This document shows positions 59,150 to 64,000 of a stretch of 64,000 nt of DNA, piece by piece. Every line of letters begins with the position of its first letter. The first letter of the stretch is position 1. Below the pieces are notes generated by a model. It was given only the letters and a program-made list of their open reading frames with translations, made no database searches and was not told where the DNA came from. The position numbers and the translations under genes are program-made. Location of the stretch: contig NIVC01003148.1 of the NCBI GenBank assembly GCA_002269645.1, positions 1 to 64,000 of the forward strand. Reading direction: 5' to 3'. Origin of the DNA: Macrostomum lignano. Its lineage: Eukaryota.

Positions 59150-61541
59150 GACATTCTCTCACTGCCACCTCATGAGTCTAACTGAAGCTGACGACGGACC
59201 CGTTGATCTCCGATCGAAGGCCAAACTCTCGGCTGCCGTCATCAACATGTCGAGCCTGCTGACGGAAGCCGAATGCGCGGTGCGCTGCCGCCTCCTCGGT
59301 TGCGCTGCCGTCGTCTTTGCGCCGAACTCGAGCCGGCGTGGATTTTGTCGGCTGGTTATCAGCAACAACGAATCGGCCGAGTCGGCAAATGACCGGAGCA
59401 GCAACTCGGTGTTGATGATCAACTCGACCGTCAGAGTGTGGCTTCGAGATGCTCGAGACAGAAGCATCTTCTTGGTCAAATTTTTCATGCTTAAGTTTTC
59501 AAGTGAGTCCATTTTTTATGTTACGCTTTAAGTTCTGCACCCATGATAAATCCTGCACAGTGCATTTAGAACAACCCAGCCTTAAATTATTCATTACATT
59601 TTCCTGCTAGACAAGAGAGAATGCATTTTCATTTTGGTTTTGGATAATCAATAGCTCACTTTTTAATAGGCTCAGCAGCTCACTCGTAACTCTCGGTGGT
59701 GAGAAGTCAGGACTGCTGTATTACCTGTGTGAGGTGTGCTTGCGTGCTCAGTCAGTGTGCCAAGAGGCTAGCAAAACGGGCATATCTGCTTGACTCCTCG
59801 CAGTGGCAGTGCTCGAAAAAAACCCCTTTCCGAAAACTAATAAAATAACTGACTAGCTAGAGTTTCAGCACGCTTGTCAAGCAGTTTTGATTCGATTGAC
59901 TCAACTCGAAACCTAAAACTTTAACACACAAGTCACAGAGTAAAAAATCGACAAAAACACTGCAGACGTTGGCACTAACCGATCTGGCTCAATCCAGCGC
60001 GTCATCATCAACGTGACAGGCTCTTACTTCCTTGAAGTCGCTGGTGCCAGAGGTGGGAATTGTGGAGGCGGCTCGAAATTGGGAGGCCACGGCGCCAAAG
60101 TGTCGGGCATCTTCAATTTGACGGTCGGCCTGCAGCTGAGCATCGCGGTGGGACAGGCTGGTAGATCAACAGGTAGCATAGGAGCACCTGGCGGAGGCGG
60201 CGGCAGCTTCGTGTTCGTGAATGAGAGCTCTGCCAGGCTGCTGATTGCGGCTGGCGGTGGCGGCGGCGCGTCTCTTGTCTATGACGGTGAGAACCTTATA
60301 GTCACCGTCGAATTGAATATTTGCTGCATTTTCCTGTAATAATTTGTTTCCAGTTAAATTAATTAATTACACCTGCCATATTGGGCCAGATGCAATAGCC
60401 GCAGCTATTGCCAAGACTGGGTGGTCGCCACACACCCTCAATTACCTCAGTTTACAGCACCCATTTTACAGCTGGGTGAACTGAGAAGCAATGCAGAGTT
60501 AAGTGTCTTGCTCAGGAGTGGGTCGAAGTTCGAACTCCAGACCCTTCAGTCGTATGTCCGACGCTCTAACCACTAGGCTAAAAATCCCTACGATGTTCCT
60601 AGTAGTATTATTGACCAAAATTGTCTACGTCTATCAACACGATAATATTAGTTAATGTTACTATTATTTTATCTGTAAATATGAAGTTTAGACAGCAATA
60701 CACATGCAAGTATAGTATTATCCCATAGAGTTTTATAAAAAATTGAGAGTCCATTTAAACACATTATTAACAGTTTTTCCGTTCGTCGAACTACCAAGGA
60801 TAATGGGCGTCCTGCCCTGACAGCTTTTTTCTCCTGCCCGTCTGGGCGTAGACTCAACAAAGTCAGTGCGGGGTAATTTCAGTGCACAGTTAGGGACGTT
60901 TACAGCTCAAAACATCTCTTTGTACTGAGGTTCTCCTTTAAGATATGACACGACAGTAATAGTAATTTGGTCGAAAGTAAATCTGTTAAGGCGGTAAGTG
61001 TCGAGTGTGTCTCAATTCTCTCTTGTAAACTGCTTTTACGCCAGGCAATCCAGGACTGGCCGGACCCGACGGCGGCAACTCCACGGGCGCCGACAACGAC
61101 GCCGCTCTGCGTGGTTACGGAGGCGCTGACGGAAATCCGGGACTCGCTTTGAACAGCAGCGCCGTCATCAATGCTACGAGCTTCGGCGGCTGTGGCGCCG
61201 GCTGGCTGGGCAGGGCTGTCGCTCTTCGGCAAAACTACCACGATGGCAAGCCTGGTGGGAGCAACTCCGAAAATTGGACTGGCGGCAGAGCAGCTGGTGG
61301 AACTAACGGTGACGGCGGCTTTGGTGGCGGTGGAGGCGGTGGCCGCCAAGACAAAGAGCTGCCCGCGGCCGGTGCCGGCGGTGGTTTCAGCGGAGGCGGC
61401 GCTGGACTCGGCGGAGGCCAGGCCGGCGGAGGCGGCGGCTCCTTCTGCTCAGCTGGTGACACCTGCTCAGCCGTGACCGGAGGCAACTCGGACAGCCAGC
61501 ACGGCTTTGTAGTGCTGCGTCTGGTGGGCGATGGGAGCTGA
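59150..61541 (+). CDS. PAN/apple-like domain + ALK/LTK-type glycine-rich domain protein; exons 59150-59502, 59966-60286, 61045-61541; 5' exon not found
   Basis: ECAVRCRLLGCAAVVF...CRL (PAN-like). TGSYFLEVAGARGG, L.IAVGQAG, GGGGGSFV, LLIAAGGGGG, GGGGGSF...GFV match the Gly-rich domain of ALK/LTK. Both modelled introns are GT-AG and phase 1, giving one open frame; no TM or kinase domain. Confidence 0.8.
60356..60588 (-). mobile_element. tRNA-derived SINE with CORE/MIR-like central domain, intronic
   Basis: Minus strand: A box TAGCCTAGTGG, B box GTTCGAAC, then CCTGAGCAAGACACTTAAC...CAGCTGTAAAATGGG (similar to the MIR core), and a (TAAT)n tail. Confidence 0.75.
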
Positions 61542-61967
61542 AACTGATGAGGAACAGAGTCTGTCAAAGTGCAATCATTTCTATAACAGGAAAGTCGGAT
61601 AACAAAAAACGCCACGATAAGTTTATGGTATCATATTTTAACTTTTTTTATATTTATCGAGTCAGCCTGAAATGAAATGAATAAGATACGAATGAAATTT
61701 TCAACCAGATTTTTTTGGGTTTTGTTTTACAGAATATTGATATTATTCGACTTGCAATAATATTAACAAACTTTTGCTGCTGATTAGTAATTTCTTGACT
61801 GCACTCTTAGTACGCTCGTTAAACTTATTCAAACTTGCACCTGCTATCTATACTGATAAAGTACTACAGAGTACCCTCTTCTTTTTCTCTTTTGAATCAT
61901 TAAAAATAAACCAGTCTATACAAATTACGTGTGTCTGTCGATTCAACAACTGGCTGTCCTAACGAAG

Positions 61968-62200
61968 ATAATGTGACAGTGTCGTTATGCCATAATATTT
62001 TTTTAGTTTCTATCCGTTTTTTATTGTACTTAAATTGATTTTTGTAATATTTATGGGGTTAGGGGGTTGAACCGTTCGGGAGATAATTGATTGCGCACAA
62101 ATATACAATTTTTCATTTTTAGTATATAAGAAGATATAAGATAACGACATAATGCTATATGCTATAACGACATAGCATAACGACATCGTCACAATAACGA
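61968..62200. mobile_element. Small inverted-repeat element with ataacgac subterminal repeats
   Basis: gataatgtgacagtgtcgttatgc vs gcataacgacatcgtcacaataac (inverted, ~20/24). No TSD found. Confidence 0.4.
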
Positions 62201-62474
62201 ACTCGTTAAAATTTTAATCGGTACTGTTGAAGTAATAAATTGCCTGGGAGATGCTTCGATCCCGAAAGTTCATTACAGCACTTAGTTAATTTGAATCAAT
62301 CAGTAGCAACAAACAGTGTCTCCAGTTTCTTCTCGTACATTGATTTATTGAAGTTTGGATAAGAGAGTAAACATTTCCCAACGTATAATCCAGCTAATTA
62401 TAAAACAGAAAAAGAATGTCGTCTGAGATCTTCGACACGGAGTTATCTCTTTTCCAATCGATGCTATAATCTGT

Positions 62475-62959
62475 TTACTCAGTTGCAAGCGTCAACAAAA
62501 GGGCCAGTAGTTGAAGCTTTACTCGTCCTTGGTCGCTGTCCAGATTGCCGCCTCGAATGGTGCCGCCGCAGAATGAGCCGCCGCCGCCGCCTCCCAGACC
62601 GGCGCTCACCGCGCCGCCACCGCCGCTGTAGCCGCCGCCGGCGCCACCGGCTCCAAAAGTGAGGCTCGACTCGCCGCCGCCGCCTCCACCGCCGAAGCCG
62701 CCTCTGCCTGTGCCACCGTCGCCAGGCCTTCCGCCGATCCAGCCTTGGGCTCGGCTGCCGCCTCCTTCAACGTCATTCTTCGTCTCCTTCTTCGACTTGG
62801 TCTTACCCAGCCAGCCGGCTCCGCAGCCGCCGCTTGCCAACATCGAGTTGAGCAACCCGCCAGAGCTGCTGAAGCCAGCTGCTCCGTTGGTGCCACCCTT
62901 GCCGCCTTTGGTGCTGCCGTAGGAATCGCTTCCACTTGTTGACGCGGAGCCCGGCTTGC
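62475..62959 (-). CDS. Last exon of a second ALK/LTK-type glycine-rich-domain gene (paralog, convergent)
   Basis: Acceptor ctcag|gc in the same position and phase as the last exon of 59150-61541; GGCGAGW, GGFGGGGGGG, GAGGGYSGGG, GGGGGSFC, GRVKL. Upstream exons not found in the window. Confidence 0.75.
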
Positions 62960-63691
62960 CTGAGGATGAGTACCGGCTAGCGTAGTAAGCTACATTTTTA
63001 TTTGTGTATGAAGAGAGTTGTGTAAATTGCGAGCTGGCACTCTACCTTTCTAGCACCCGTAAACCGTAGTCGGTCGGCATTTTTTTAATTCATTTACGCT
63101 GGTATTTATTATGTCAAAATTATGCATTTTGGTAACGGGGGCTAGACTTAATCGTTTCCCTTCTCTCCATCTGTATGTCTGGTTTGGTTGGGCTGCACTG
63201 ATTGGTGGAAAACGGGCTTGGTTTGCTCTCTCTCTCTCTCTCTCTCTCTCTCCCCTTCGAAACCTTTTTGAAAAGAGAGTAGTTTCTAAGGTTTCTGTTT
63301 CGCCTAGAATAGCTTAATCTAGTGTAACGACTGCTGTTTTGTTCCCCACTCTTCTACGACAATAAAGAGCGACTATAAAATACATTGGGTGTCACTATCG
63401 AAACATTGAATCTCCCGAACAAAGCACTAGGTGTCCTTACCAAAATTCTGGGTGGTCCTAACCAAGGATCATATATACACAAGATGGGCCACTATGTGGC
63501 TATAGAAGCTAATGTTAAAAGAATTGCAACTCGCGACAGCTCAAAAATCAACTACTGGACTCAATTTCGTCAGTTAGTCTCTGCAGTGCATGCATCATTA
63601 GTTTGATTAAGTAGCTTTTTATTCAATGAAAAACTACTCAATGCAATAGACAGAGTCAGACAGAGCCATAGACATTCAGTGCTGGCTCCTT

Positions 63692-63886
63692 GGGCCGTAT
63701 GCAGAAAGCTTAGTCCAGACTAGCTAGTCCGGGCTTGAGTAGTTCAGTCTATGGTCTATGGTCCAGCTACCCTAGTTCTGTCTATAGTAGACCGGTCTAA
63801 CTTTTGTGTTTCTGCATACCAAATCCAAGTCCAGACTAGCTTTTCGAGACCGGACTACCCTAGACAGAGCTTTCTGCATACGGCCC
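63692..63886. mobile_element. PIF/Harbinger-type MITE
   Basis: TIR gggccgtatgcagaaagc / gctttctgcatacggccc; 3-bp TSD ctt. Confidence 0.8.
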
Positions 63887-64000
63887 CTTATCTTTACAAT
63901 TGGCGTGGCCTCAAGAGGTAAAACTCGCTTCCATTCCAGGTTGCTAAGTCTCGAACTCCTTGGTTCTATTAAATTCTCAAAAAAGCGTCTATGTTTCTCG

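Overview
Repeat-dense eukaryotic genomic DNA with spliceosomal introns. The gene families (tetraspanin, fibrinogen-domain lectin, PAN plus ALK/LTK-type glycine-rich proteins) point to an invertebrate animal; a flatworm such as Macrostomum is my guess and cannot be established from the sequence. Host genes: a 2-exon tetraspanin (-), a 3-exon secreted fibrinogen-related protein (-), and a convergent pair of glycine-rich-domain genes at the right end. Most of the rest is nested transposable elements. These include a full-length APE-RT-RNase H LINE (LOA/R1 group, 13-bp TSD) whose first 252 nt fold into a complete HDV-like ribozyme starting at the first base after the TSD. There is also an 8-kb Foldback/NOF-like Mutator element with inverted arms of 183-bp tandem repeats around a spliced transposase-Ulp1 protease-PHD gene. 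The remainder: a recent Mag-type Gypsy element inside a 2.2-kb solo LTR, further solo LTRs, two more foldback-style elements, DIRS/Gypsy/LINE/Tc1 relics, several MITEs and a tRNA-headed CORE-like SINE. All structures and splice models were derived by eye; no database search was run.
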